From a virus, in IMG/VR virus record IMGVR_UViG_3300045974_000102, positions 51,883-115,882 of that record: 64,000 nucleotides of DNA. One strand, given 5' to 3'. The translations under genes and the position numbers were made by a program. Under the pieces are notes generated by a model, which had not been told where the DNA came from, searched no databases, and saw nothing but the letters and a program-made list of their open reading frames with translations. Positions 48,680-58,278 of the stretch are shown piece by piece; within the stretch, counting starts at the first letter, position 1; the number at the start of each line of letters is the position of its first letter.

Positions 48680-49033
48680 ATGAAACGTCTTATCTATGAT
48701 GCAGCAACGATGCCCGTATTCGACACCCGCACCTGGCAGCAGAAGCTCCAGGACGCAGAGGCCAGGTATCAGAACAACATTCTCAGTGCCTATCAGTTGG
48801 CTTGCCAGTATGACGAGTACGAGGACGTTATCCCTACCGTGACCGCTAGGGACCGCAAGGACCGCGCTGCTAAGGACCGTGGTAACCCGAATATCTGGAA
48901 GCGGATCGTCCAGAGCCAGGTACGTAAGCACGGTAAGCTTCAGCACTACGATCGCCATGCCCTCGACCAGCAGGTTGCACAGCGCCTCGAAAACGAGCAT
49001 GAAGCCAAAGCTTGGGCCTTCCGCCTCGCCTAA
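48680..49033 (+). CDS. Hypothetical protein
   Basis: AAAGGAG RBS. Confidence 0.65.
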   Translation: MKRLIYDAATMPVFDTRTWQQKLQDAEARYQNNILSAYQLACQYDEYEDVIPTVTARDRKDRAAKDRGNPNIWKRIVQSQVRKHGKLQHYDRHALDQQVAQRLENEHEAKAWAFRLA

Positions 49034-49139
49034 CAGTCACTCCCGCCAGACTGTCGTGAGATAGACTGTTAGTTGTTATAAGCAGTTTTGCCCCGAAACC
49101 GTGGCCATCATCAACCAGTTGTCCACAGGAGGACACACC

Positions 49140-50087
49140 ATGAACGCAATCGAGAAGTTGATCCAGGCAGCAGCAATCGCAGCTACTTCGGTAGCCGCAC
49201 AGGCCATCACGGCCAAGCAGAACCAGATCATCGCTGAAGATGCGGTGGTTAATGCTGAAGGGCGGAAGTTCGCTTCCGCTATGACCGCCAATGTGGCGGC
49301 ACCTATTAAGCGGGACCTGCTTGAGAAGCAGGGCAACGCTTTGGACTTGGCATTCGAGAAGCTCGATGCTAAGACTGTGGGCACCACTAACGCCATCGAG
49401 GCGTTGTGTGTGTTCATCCGCAATGGGAATGCCAGCTTGAAAGAGCTGGATGCCTCTCGTGTGCAGGTGGGTACCGCACTGAGCTCTGCTGCCATTAAGG
49501 TAGTGGAGGCGTCCAACCCGTCTTATCGGAAGTATGACTTCAGCACCCAGACTGCCTTGAAGGAGAAGGCTGTCAATATGGTGCCTGAACTCAAGGCATT
49601 GTCTGTCCTGAAGAATGAGCTCGATGACGAGCGTGCTAAGACCGTTGAGTGGGTACTTGTGTTCGAGGGCAAGCTCGTAAGGGCAACTGCAAAGCTCAGG
49701 TATCTCGTAGTTGAGTATGAGGCACTGGGTGAGGAGTGCGTGTTCGAGTCTGAGGACATTCAGGCTGCTCTTTCTGAAGTGCCCTTGCCTTGGGGTCTGG
49801 GTGCATTCAGGTGGAACCTGAGCAACAAGTTTGAGCTGTGTGCTCATACGGTTAAGTCCATCAGGGACAAGATCAAAGCCGCTAAGGAGCGGTCTGCCAA
49901 GGAGCGCAAGGCTCTTAAGGCTGCTGCTATTGAGGACATGGCTACAACTAAGGTCGTCTTCTCTGAAGATGACGCTGTTGTGCATCTGGCAGATGTACGG
50001 GCACTCCGCGCTCTTAAGGATGCTGCACGTCCGTCTCAGCGCCGGGTGACTGCTCGTCAGGTCGAGCAGGCCCGTCGGGCTCTGTAG
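49140..50087 (+). CDS. Ala-rich helical hypothetical protein
   Basis: AGGAGG RBS before MNAIEK. Confidence 0.7.
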   Translation: MNAIEKLIQAAAIAATSVAAQAITAKQNQIIAEDAVVNAEGRKFASAMTANVAAPIKRDLLEKQGNALDLAFEKLDAKTVGTTNAIEALCVFIRNGNASLKELDASRVQVGTALSSAAIKVVEASNPSYRKYDFSTQTALKEKAVNMVPELKALSVLKNELDDERAKTVEWVLVFEGKLVRATAKLRYLVVEYEALGEECVFESEDIQAALSEVPLPWGLGAFRWNLSNKFELCAHTVKSIRDKIKAAKERSAKERKALKAAAIEDMATTKVVFSEDDAVVHLADVRALRALKDAARPSQRRVTARQVEQARRAL

Positions 50088-50111
50088 TCTATTAAGCACT
50101 AGGAGTCTGCA

Positions 50112-50345
50112 ATGAGACTCGTAGTCCATAACCAAATTACTAACCAGCATTTCCTGGCTTGTAATGTTGTTGGTATTGAGATTACACCTTTTAAGGTGAT
50201 CTGCCTAGTTGCTTCTAAGGTGGAGAGTTATACTCTGCCTAAGGACTATACTATTAATGTCTTTGATGAGTCTGCGGCCTTTGGGCTAGGCTTCTTGCCA
50301 TTCCCTTGGGATAAGCGTCCTAATGCTAGTATTGTATTTGAATAG
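50112..50345 (+). CDS. Hypothetical protein
   Basis: AGGAG RBS. Confidence 0.6.
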   Translation: MRLVVHNQITNQHFLACNVVGIEITPFKVICLVASKVESYTLPKDYTINVFDESAAFGLGFLPFPWDKRPNASIVFE

Positions 50346-50357
50346 GAGTATATAGTA

Positions 50358-50564
50358 ATGGTTGCCTCTATTCGTACTGCAACGAAGAATCGTCTTCGTG
50401 AGCATGATCATTATGTTCAGCAAAATGGGGAGCTTAACTCTTTACTTGCTGATCGTGATAGGCTGATGGTCTTGGCTGGCAAGGCTAAGAACAGACCTGG
50501 GCAGTTTCACTACCTCAATCAGGTTGTATTGGTTGAGGAACAAATGAGAGCTATTAAGCTCTAG
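50358..50564 (+). CDS. Hypothetical protein
   Basis: AGGAG RBS. Confidence 0.6.
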   Translation: MVASIRTATKNRLREHDHYVQQNGELNSLLADRDRLMVLAGKAKNRPGQFHYLNQVVLVEEQMRAIKL

Positions 50565-50575
50565 GAGGCATTACC

Positions 50576-50704
50576 ATGAGAAATCCTAGTTACATTTACA
50601 AGAATGATTTTGTGTGTCCCTATTGTGGGGGCACCGTTGTATCTGAGGATGGTTACCTGGTGTGTGTAACACCTGGAACCTGTACCTGGACAGAGGAGAT
50701 ATAG
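50576..50704 (+). CDS. 42-aa zinc-ribbon protein (not in track)
   Basis: AGGAGG RBS; CPYCGG..YLVC..C. Confidence 0.65.
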   Translation: MRNPSYIYKNDFVCPYCGGTVVSEDGYLVCVTPGTCTWTEEI

Positions 50705-50706
50705 TC

Positions 50707-52269
50707 ATGAGAGCAAAGCATTTTCCGGTTGACATTGTTGGTTCGCCCGACAGGTATGGTGTCCGTACTGATGTTAACAATCTCTCGTTGTTCGTCAACG
50801 AGGCGTCTGTCAAGATCTCTGTTGGTACCATGGTTTGGTTGCCAAGGACTGACAAGGATAAGAATGGCCTTAGGATCCCTGGCACGGAGCGTCTGTATCC
50901 TGTCAGCCATTATGATGCGCTACTTATTAATTTCGATAGGCCGCGCGTTGTTAGGCGTCATGATCAGTTGTATTTTGGCAGTCATATTGCTTACCTCGAG
51001 TTTGCAATGTCTAATATGTTTGCTATGGTGAAGGCTCAGTATAATGATGAGTCTGTCTTCTACCATGCACTCTATGACATGATGGATGCTGAGTACTATT
51101 GTAAGCCGGGTAAGGATTTCTGGCGTGATAATATGTTCGATACTGTGTGGAGGGCATTCTACTCTACTAATCAGCCTTTCATGAAGGAGTGCCTATTTGC
51201 TGTGGCATATCTTAATGATGAGTGCTACAGGCGTGTCAGGGACATGCTTAAACGTGCTGGGTATAATTCTGCTGCTGATTGCAGCTTTATATTGGCATGT
51301 CATAAGCTTGGCTATGATATACAGCCTGGATGCACTAGGTATGATATAGTCAGAGCTCTTGAGGCTATTTGGCTTGAGCGTGTGTCTAAGCGTGCACATA
51401 TACCTAACGGCAAGGTTAAGTCTGTAGCTGAGTATGATAATTGGAAGCGTAATGGTTATAACTTCCTTGAGCAGCGTCAGGTAGATGAGCGTATTCTTGA
51501 GAATGCCTATTTTGGTAACATTGAAGATGTCATTGCCAATCATTGGGCATATGGAGACTATATTCAGACTGGGCGTGTATTTATCTACAGATATGAGGCT
51601 GGCATCATGCCTGATGAGGGTGATACATTCCATACGTGGGATAAGTATAAGCAGGTTGCTCTTGCTAAAGAGTGGTGGGCACGTGATATATCTATTGACG
51701 ATCTACTTGATCGTGCTAATGCCAATTATTATTGGTTTAGCCATGGTGCATCTGTGCCTATGAAGCATACACTCATTGAGATCTTTAGAGCTTATGAGCT
51801 TGAGATTCAGTGGGCTAACTATATTAATCAGGATGATGAGGATGGCTCTAAGGGTGAACTGGATTATCAGTATCCTCGTATGGAGGATAGTGACTTTGTT
51901 CACCCTCTTTACACTAGCTACTTAGATCCTCCTCAGCCAGGCTTTGATGAACCAAAATCTAGTATTGGTGGTCAGGCATCAGCAAGCTTTCCTATGGATC
52001 GCTTTGATGAGCTTGAGAAGGAGCACATGGGCGATTTCGAGAAGGGCACTGGTATTTATAATCCTGATTTAATAGCTCTTCAGAAGCAGGTGTTTGATGC
52101 TGTGCCTGTTATCAAGCCCACTGATGTTGAGCATGTGTGGATATCCCTTAGTGGTAAGTATTACTGGAGTGATGAGACTTCCGCTCTTAGTGAGCCTTAT
52201 GCTACTAAGGAAGCTGCTGTTGAGGCACTCAATGCTTATGTTGAGTGGCTTAATGAGGTTCCCTTTTAA
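50707..52269 (+). CDS. Hypothetical aromatic/acidic protein upstream of RNA polymerase
   Basis: GAGGAG RBS before MRAKHFP; contains SSIGGQASA. Confidence 0.75.
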   Translation: MRAKHFPVDIVGSPDRYGVRTDVNNLSLFVNEASVKISVGTMVWLPRTDKDKNGLRIPGTERLYPVSHYDALLINFDRPRVVRRHDQLYFGSHIAYLEFAMSNMFAMVKAQYNDESVFYHALYDMMDAEYYCKPGKDFWRDNMFDTVWRAFYSTNQPFMKECLFAVAYLNDECYRRVRDMLKRAGYNSAADCSFILACHKLGYDIQPGCTRYDIVRALEAIWLERVSKRAHIPNGKVKSVAEYDNWKRNGYNFLEQRQVDERILENAYFGNIEDVIANHWAYGDYIQTGRVFIYRYEAGIMPDEGDTFHTWDKYKQVALAKEWWARDISIDDLLDRANANYYWFSHGASVPMKHTLIEIFRAYELEIQWANYINQDDEDGSKGELDYQYPRMEDSDFVHPLYTSYLDPPQPGFDEPKSSIGGQASASFPMDRFDELEKEHMGDFEKGTGIYNPDLIALQKQVFDAVPVIKPTDVEHVWISLSGKYYWSDETSALSEPYATKEAAVEALNAYVEWLNEVPF

Positions 52270-52284
52270 TAGGGAGATATAGTC

Positions 52285-52782
52285 ATGAGACAACCAATAT
52301 TAGGAATGACTTGTAAGGGTCAGCCTGTGTATAATATGGGCTCGACTTTTAAGCTCTCAGTTGTTGATGGCCTTCTTACAACCTGGACTGAGTCCTTTTA
52401 TGTTCTCAAGGACAGTGTTGAGTGTGAGAATAATTATCAAGTTGTTCAGCCTGGCGTCTGGTCTTCATATGGTGAATTAGTTGTTGGTGAAGTTAATGGC
52501 AAGTTCTGCATTTGCTGTCCTTCTTTGTCATTCCGTTTGGATGGCTTAGAAGGTAATATGCATGAGGAATTTCATGAGATCAGAAGGTGGGAGACAGCCT
52601 GGCAGCTTGGAGTTTCTAAGCCTGGTGAAAGGACTGTTAGAGGCTTTGGTGAATATGGTTATATCTATTGGCCTCAGGCTTCTCATTATGAGCTTGACTT
52701 TAATGAAGAACTTAATTTTATTGCTGATGGCGGCGAGCCTTGGCGGGGACCTAATGCATATCGTTGGGAAGAGGTTTACTAG
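52285..52782 (+). CDS. Hypothetical protein
   Basis: GGGAG RBS. Confidence 0.6.
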   Translation: MRQPILGMTCKGQPVYNMGSTFKLSVVDGLLTTWTESFYVLKDSVECENNYQVVQPGVWSSYGELVVGEVNGKFCICCPSLSFRLDGLEGNMHEEFHEIRRWETAWQLGVSKPGERTVRGFGEYGYIYWPQASHYELDFNEELNFIADGGEPWRGPNAYRWEEVY

Positions 52783-52783
52783 A

Positions 52784-53056
52784 ATGGATGCATGGAAAAG
52801 TCATGATAAGTATCCTAGTGTGCAATGTGGAATGTGTGAGAAAGACACACTTGTTGCCACTAAGGTCAGAAAGCGTCGTCGCAAGTATGTATTGTTGTTC
52901 TGTGAGTACTGTGGTGCTATTACGCTTGATGGTCCTGGCTGCTATAGCGTCGAGTTTTATCGTGGTGATTATGAGCCTTCTCTCGCTTATATGGATAAAG
53001 GGAAGGTATATCTTATCGAGAAGAACTGGGATGTTATTCCAGAGGATGAGTGCTAG
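52784..53056 (+). CDS. Zinc-ribbon protein
   Basis: GAGG RBS before MDAWK; CGMC..CEYC. Confidence 0.6.
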   Translation: MDAWKSHDKYPSVQCGMCEKDTLVATKVRKRRRKYVLLFCEYCGAITLDGPGCYSVEFYRGDYEPSLAYMDKGKVYLIEKNWDVIPEDEC

Positions 53057-53096
53057 TTCTCTTAACTAGCGTATCTAAATTCGGAGGTATATAGTC

Positions 53097-56000
53097 ATGG
53101 CAAAAGAAAACAAGTTGCAACTGGCGTTCAAACCGCTGAACGCTAACGATGTGGGTATTATTACTACCCACGGAATTGCCTTTCAGACTGATGAGAAAGG
53201 CAGGGTGTTCAAGGCTGTTAGCAGCCTGTGGAAGGAAGAGCTTCCGATTCTTGAGTATGTGCCCGAGGTGAAACTCGAGGTGGCGTGTAATACGCCTATG
53301 TATGAAGCTTATCAGCGTGGCTTGCTCACGGGTGATAAGATCTCGTTCTATGCTCTTATGGGCAAGAACTCTGATGATAACTTCATCTTGTATAAACTCC
53401 TTATGGAGTCTCTGTTGTCTGTTGCTATCGGTCCTGATGGTAAGATAGAGGAGAGCAAGATGAAGTATCCACTCTACAATCCTAAGAAGAAGCACGGGTA
53501 TGTGTGCTGTGGATCTCGTCAGGCCATGATCAATATGTTTGGCTCTGATGTTCTTGGTGCTAGTGATAATCCGTTAAAGGTATTTCCACTGGTATCTGGT
53601 AACTCTGCATTCGTTTATGATGCTGAGACTACTGAGGAGTGGAATGGGCATGCACCTAGTATGCTTAAGGTGCTCATTACTGCTGAAGAGTATCTTCATG
53701 AGCATCCTGTTGCTCCTGGTTGCACCATGTTCCATGATGGTTGTATTCACTGGAAGGTGGGCTTTAAGATTAAGAAGTGGAGTCAGAGGGATACTGATAA
53801 CTGGTTTAGTGTGTTTGGCACACAATCCAGGACTATTATACCTGCTCTTGGTAAGTTCAAGGGTAATAGTGATTCTACTCTTGCATTTGAGACTGCAGTG
53901 CGCTGTGGCTACGAGCATCTGTATGAGCAGGTGGATGGAGTCGCTAGTATCTCTGTACTCAAGAGCTGGCCTCAGGACTGGAAGCCTGGTCAGATCGTTG
54001 AGATACCTATGAACAATTTCCGTATTGTTCAGGCTAAGGTATCTGACGGCAATAGTTCTATTGGTGGACAGGCTAGTGCTAGGCTGGACTTTAAGTCCAC
54101 TGAGGCCTTGTTGCGTGAGCATGGTGCTCATGAGCGTGCTAAGATACTCCGTGATGCTATTAGGGGTAAAGCTAGTGCTTATCAGCATATTTTAAAGGCT
54201 GATAAAGACAATACACTGGGTGATGCTGTTAAAGAATACATCCAGTATCTTGCCTTTGCATCTGATGATGGCCAGGGTGACTGGCAGTGTCCGATGTATG
54301 AGAGTGCATGGAATCATGCTATGGCACGTATGTACTCTTATTATTTCCGGAATGTTATCAAATGTCCTACAGCTAAGGTATCTCTGTATGTTCAGGTAGA
54401 TCCTAAGCTGGATAAGGCTGAAGAGAAGCATTTCGATGAGACTGGTGAGCGTGTCAACTTTGTTAAGTGGCCGCGTATCAGGAAGATTCGGTCTATGCTT
54501 AATCAGCACCGGTTCCAGAACGTAGGGCGTAACCCTATGGTTGGTCCTGGTAATGCTCAACAGGTTATACATCTGTTGGATGATAAGGGTGCTCCTGTGT
54601 GGAATCCTACTACAGATACTATTTATGTATCTGCACGTATGCTCTACTCTATGTTTGGAGATGAGGACGGCGATGCCGTCATCATGATTCCTTCTAACAA
54701 TGTAGCATTCCCTGTAGTGCGTAGGCCTGCAGGTGCTAAGAAGAGCTTTGAGTCTAAGTATGTTCAACCTACTGTGCTCAGAGACATGGATCCGTGGGAT
54801 ATTGTTGATAAGCTCATGGATGTTACTTACATGACTGTTCAGGCAGCCATGGATACTGGTTCTGCTGACTTGATCAGTCGCCTTGTTGTAATTACTTATA
54901 AACTCATTCAGCAGCCTGTAAGTGTGTTAACTCTTCTGGAGATGGCTGAGTTCTGTGAACTTCAGATCCAGAAGATGAAAAGGAAGACTGGTAAGACTGC
55001 ACAGTCTGATGTTGGTGCTGATGCGAACCTTCGTGTTCGTGATGCATTTATTAAGAAGTTCTGGAAGAAGGGCAAGCTCAACCAGGGCACTTATGCACCT
55101 AAAGAGCATATCCTTCTTTGTAAGAATGCTGACCTTAAGGGTAATCCTAAAGAGAGCTCTGTGATGTCTCGTATTATCTTTAAGCTCGCTAATATGATTC
55201 CGTTCGATAGAACGGTGCCACATCATGTTGTGTGGGATGTTTTGCAGGGCGTTAAGCCCTCTATGGAGCATGCTGCTTCTGATCGTATTCAGAAGTTCTT
55301 TGCAGCACGCTGGAATGCTCTTGTGCCATACATCAATTCTGGTGGATGGACTTATGTGGTGCCTAGTGTGCCCACTGAAGAGCATAAGCTTTGGGCTGCT
55401 AAGAAGCATCTGCTCAACAAGAATCTTGTTGGTATGTCTGATACTGATATTATGGCTCTTGCTATTACGGAAGGCTTTGATGCTAGCACTTTGGTTGCAT
55501 CTCGTCGTCCTCGTATAGATGACGTTGAAGCTGCTATCCAGGCTAATGGTTTTACTCTCATGGATTATACCAATGAAGAGCTCAAGGATATGATGGATAC
55601 CTGGGTTCCATTTGAGTATCCTGGTGAGACTCGTGCTATTGAGCTTAACTATACCATTCCTTTGATTAAGGATGTGGCTAAGTCTATCGTTGAATACTAT
55701 AATCAGTATTCTAGTATAGCTAAGGACATTGAGGATAATTATTCTCGTAGGATTGCATTCTCTATGATTAAAGAGAATATCCGTGTCACTATAGCTAAGA
55801 ATGCACCTGTACCTCCTGAAGAGGGCTGGGTGCGTGATCTTTGGGGCATGACTCCTTTGGATTACTACTATCGTGCAGTTCTCTGCCGTATTGGTAGTCA
55901 GGGCTTTGGTCTTTGGACCAAGAAGCCTGATCTTGAGAGTTCTGTGCCTGTTGAGCATCAGAAGCTCAATGGTTCACGTGGTGGCTCTGCATTTTGGTAT

Positions 56001-56162
56001 ATGCCTGAGCAGTATCTTGTGGACTATGCACTTATGATGAATCCAGGTAATCCTTGGGCTGAGAAGGCCAAGCTGGAACTCATCGTGCTCAAGCGTAAGA
56101 GTCTTGAGGCTGAAGCTCGTCGTGGTGAGAATGACGACGACGAAGAGAACGTAAACTACTAA
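53097..56162 (+). CDS. Single-chain double-psi-barrel RNA polymerase (YonO/RdRP-like)
   Basis: Ordered motifs FHDGCI, TQSR..GKFKG, VGRNP, FGDEDGD (DxDGD catalytic), MKRKTG. Confidence 0.8.
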   Translation: MAKENKLQLAFKPLNANDVGIITTHGIAFQTDEKGRVFKAVSSLWKEELPILEYVPEVKLEVACNTPMYEAYQRGLLTGDKISFYALMGKNSDDNFILYKLLMESLLSVAIGPDGKIEESKMKYPLYNPKKKHGYVCCGSRQAMINMFGSDVLGASDNPLKVFPLVSGNSAFVYDAETTEEWNGHAPSMLKVLITAEEYLHEHPVAPGCTMFHDGCIHWKVGFKIKKWSQRDTDNWFSVFGTQSRTIIPALGKFKGNSDSTLAFETAVRCGYEHLYEQVDGVASISVLKSWPQDWKPGQIVEIPMNNFRIVQAKVSDGNSSIGGQASARLDFKSTEALLREHGAHERAKILRDAIRGKASAYQHILKADKDNTLGDAVKEYIQYLAFASDDGQGDWQCPMYESAWNHAMARMYSYYFRNVIKCPTAKVSLYVQVDPKLDKAEEKHFDETGERVNFVKWPRIRKIRSMLNQHRFQNVGRNPMVGPGNAQQVIHLLDDKGAPVWNPTTDTIYVSARMLYSMFGDEDGDAVIMIPSNNVAFPVVRRPAGAKKSFESKYVQPTVLRDMDPWDIVDKLMDVTYMTVQAAMDTGSADLISRLVVITYKLIQQPVSVLTLLEMAEFCELQIQKMKRKTGKTAQSDVGADANLRVRDAFIKKFWKKGKLNQGTYAPKEHILLCKNADLKGNPKESSVMSRIIFKLANMIPFDRTVPHHVVWDVLQGVKPSMEHAASDRIQKFFAARWNALVPYINSGGWTYVVPSVPTEEHKLWAAKKHLLNKNLVGMSDTDIMALAITEGFDASTLVASRRPRIDDVEAAIQANGFTLMDYTNEELKDMMDTWVPFEYPGETRAIELNYTIPLIKDVAKSIVEYYNQYSSIAKDIEDNYSRRIAFSMIKENIRVTIAKNAPVPPEEGWVRDLWGMTPLDYYYRAVLCRIGSQGFGLWTKKPDLESSVPVEHQKLNGSRGGSAFWYMPEQYLVDYALMMNPGNPWAEKAKLELIVLKRKSLEAEARRGENDDDEENVNY

Positions 56163-56169
56163 CCAACCA

Positions 56170-56196
56170 AGGGCCCTGGCTTAGGCTGGGGCCCTT
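56170..56196 (+). terminator. GC-rich stem-loop after polymerase gene
   Basis: AAGGGCCC/GGGCCCTT stem; weak U tail. Confidence 0.5.
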
Positions 56197-56276
56197 AACT
56201 ACAAGGAGACTCTTATGAAGATGCAGAAGCTTTGGTGGAAGCTTGAATCTCTTAAGGACAAGGGGAGGCATTAGTA

Positions 56277-56615
56277 ATGTCTAGATCTACTACTAATATC
56301 AGGAAGAGAGTTAGAAGGACTACTCTCTGGTTAAAGAAGGCACCTGCTGCTGTTAATACAGTGGTAGGACCGTATGCTTACCTAGGTACAGTATATGCTG
56401 CTGTATTGCCACGTATTGGTCAGATCTGGCGTTTGCTAGAGATTGACTATGTAGTAGTGGCATTTGAGTTTGTTGATTATACTAGTCAGGATGATAGGAA
56501 TAATCAGCAGCTCTATAATGTAAGAGTTAAGCTCAAGGCAGATATAGATCTGTTCTTTGAGCGTTATGGCAATCAAGAGCCTATGGAAGTCTTAGACTAC
56601 GATTGGAGTAAATAG
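56277..56615 (+). CDS. Hypothetical protein
   Basis: GGAGG RBS. Confidence 0.6.
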   Translation: MSRSTTNIRKRVRRTTLWLKKAPAAVNTVVGPYAYLGTVYAAVLPRIGQIWRLLEIDYVVVAFEFVDYTSQDDRNNQQLYNVRVKLKADIDLFFERYGNQEPMEVLDYDWSK

Positions 56616-56617
56616 TC

Positions 56618-57058
56618 ATGAGAAAGAAGCAGTCTGATAGTTATGCTTTCCATAATCGTGTTGGTAGTCATTCTACTAAGGGTTATGGTGGTGGGCATGT
56701 AGAGGTTCTTCCTCCTGAGTATAAGGCATTGGAGGTGCTTGTTACTACTATACAAGAGCGTATTGATATGCTTAAGGTTAGTCGTGAGGCGGCCTTAGTC
56801 GAGCTTCAAGCTATTAATAATAGGCTTGATAAAGTTCATATGAGTCTTGATGAGTATAGTAGGACTCGCACTAAGAGAGACTTTCTTATCCATCGTTTTA
56901 ATGGTGTTAACGGTCAGTTGACAGATGCCATTAAAAGACTTAAGGTTTCTAAGAATGAAAGCTGGTCTTTCTTATTTACTTGGGTTGCAAGGTATTTGCT
57001 TACCCATGAGGCATTTATGATTGTTGCTGATGAAGTAGAAAGACTCAAGCAACTTTGA
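56618..57058 (+). CDS. Coiled-coil hypothetical protein
   Basis: GGAG RBS; heptad-like middle. Confidence 0.6.
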   Translation: MRKKQSDSYAFHNRVGSHSTKGYGGGHVEVLPPEYKALEVLVTTIQERIDMLKVSREAALVELQAINNRLDKVHMSLDEYSRTRTKRDFLIHRFNGVNGQLTDAIKRLKVSKNESWSFLFTWVARYLLTHEAFMIVADEVERLKQL

Positions 57059-57422
57059 TGTCAGGCCCTTGTAAAAAAGTTGCCTTTTAGGTAGGACTTA
57101 AAAACCTAGGGCTCAAGTCTTAATGGCTTGAGCTCTATCTTTTAAGCCTTATTGTTCTTTCTTTTCAATGGTTTAACTAGTTTAATCCCCCAAACTGCGA
57201 ACTGCATCGTAGTGCATGTATTGTCGTGCTATCCATGATGACGGTGTTATGCCTTTAGCGGTTTGTGCTATCTGTCGAAGGATATGGTTGATACCATACA
57301 GCTTTCAGCCGAAAGCGACGTTAGACGGTAACGTCTTATAGGCCCGGAACATAGCGAGGGCTAGTTTTATGGTATATATCTGTATCTGATTCATGTTAGG
57401 CCCTTGTAAAAAGGTCGCCTTT
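57058..57422 (+). repeat. 30-bp direct repeat (27/30) at 57058-57087 and 57393-57422 flanking a hairpin-rich non-coding segment
   Basis: ATGTCAGGCCCTTGTAAAAAAGTTGCCTTT vs ATGTTAGGCCCTTGTAAAAAGGTCGCCTTT. Confidence 0.75.
57108..57370 (+). ncRNA. Candidate structured non-coding RNA
   Basis: At least six consecutive stems, many G-U pairs favouring + strand; no ORF. Confidence 0.4.
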
Positions 57423-57497
57423 CGTGAGTGTCGTGCTATCGTTGAAGGACCTGCTAGTCTATCGGCAGGATACTATAGCGGAAAAAGGAGAAACATC

Positions 57498-58106
57498 ATG
57501 GCAGCACGTGCCACAGAAACACCCGTAGCACCGACAGAACCTGTAAAGGAATTGTCCCCCGGCCTGGCTCCACTCAAGCATTCCAGTCAGACGTCTTCAC
57601 ACGTCTATGTTTGCGGCCCTATCACCAGGGTTGGCGTAACGGACTGGCTCGACGAGAGCGAAAAGGAAATTACCGGGCAGACTCTCCAGGTTAGTCTGGA
57701 GGGTGGCTGGAGCTTTCGGATAAACGAAGGCGAACAGATGTATGCAGCCTTCGACAAGTACATCCGGGCGGGTTGGATGTGCGAGTTCATTGCTGGTTCT
57801 GTTAAGACCAGCACGTCCACCAAGGACAATGAAACCGATACCGGCTCCACGTATCAGACCAAAACCGACTATCACAACTGCAGCGCAGTGCGGATTCTGC
57901 AGATGATTCCGCCTGAAGTCCCGGAAGTAATCCGTAACCTGGAAGAGATCATGAAAGCGGCTGGTATCGACATCCCGGCACCGTTGCGCCATGTCTCTAA
58001 AGTCAGCACCTACGGCAAGGGCAAGCCTGCAGCGACAGGTCCTGGGACCATGGACAGGTCGAGTTTAACGCCTGTAAATGCGGCTGTAGCAGCCCCTCCA
58101 GGGTAG
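57498..58106 (+). CDS. Hypothetical protein, possible OB-fold/SSB-like
   Basis: AAGGAG RBS before MAARAT; beta-strand core with disordered Pro-rich ends; C-ending codons. Confidence 0.6.
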   Translation: MAARATETPVAPTEPVKELSPGLAPLKHSSQTSSHVYVCGPITRVGVTDWLDESEKEITGQTLQVSLEGGWSFRINEGEQMYAAFDKYIRAGWMCEFIAGSVKTSTSTKDNETDTGSTYQTKTDYHNCSAVRILQMIPPEVPEVIRNLEEIMKAAGIDIPAPLRHVSKVSTYGKGKPAATGPGTMDRSSLTPVNAAVAAPPG

Positions 58107-58121
58107 TAAAAATGGGTAGGC

Positions 58122-58151
58122 AGGGCACTAGATAAGGCAATCTGGTGTCCT
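58122..58151 (+). terminator. Stem-loop after 57498-58106 gene
   Basis: AGGGCACTAGAT/ATCTGGTGTCCT. Confidence 0.5.
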
Positions 58152-58278
58152 GCTTAACTTAACGATTTCCCACCTAATCCTTTGTTCTTTGCTATCTTCT
58201 TGTTTTTATTCAGCTTTCTCACCTTCTTAACTACTTCATTCTGATATGGCTTATTAAGCCAGAAAGGACATTTACCTT

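Noticed and set aside
48870-50150. 426-aa minus-strand ORF
   Set aside because: Antisense shadow of plus-strand genes that have strong RBSs; no motif, implausible composition
53574-55958. Long minus-strand ORFs opposite the polymerase
   Set aside because: Antisense to a gene with clear motifs; explained by its codon bias; no RBS or motifs
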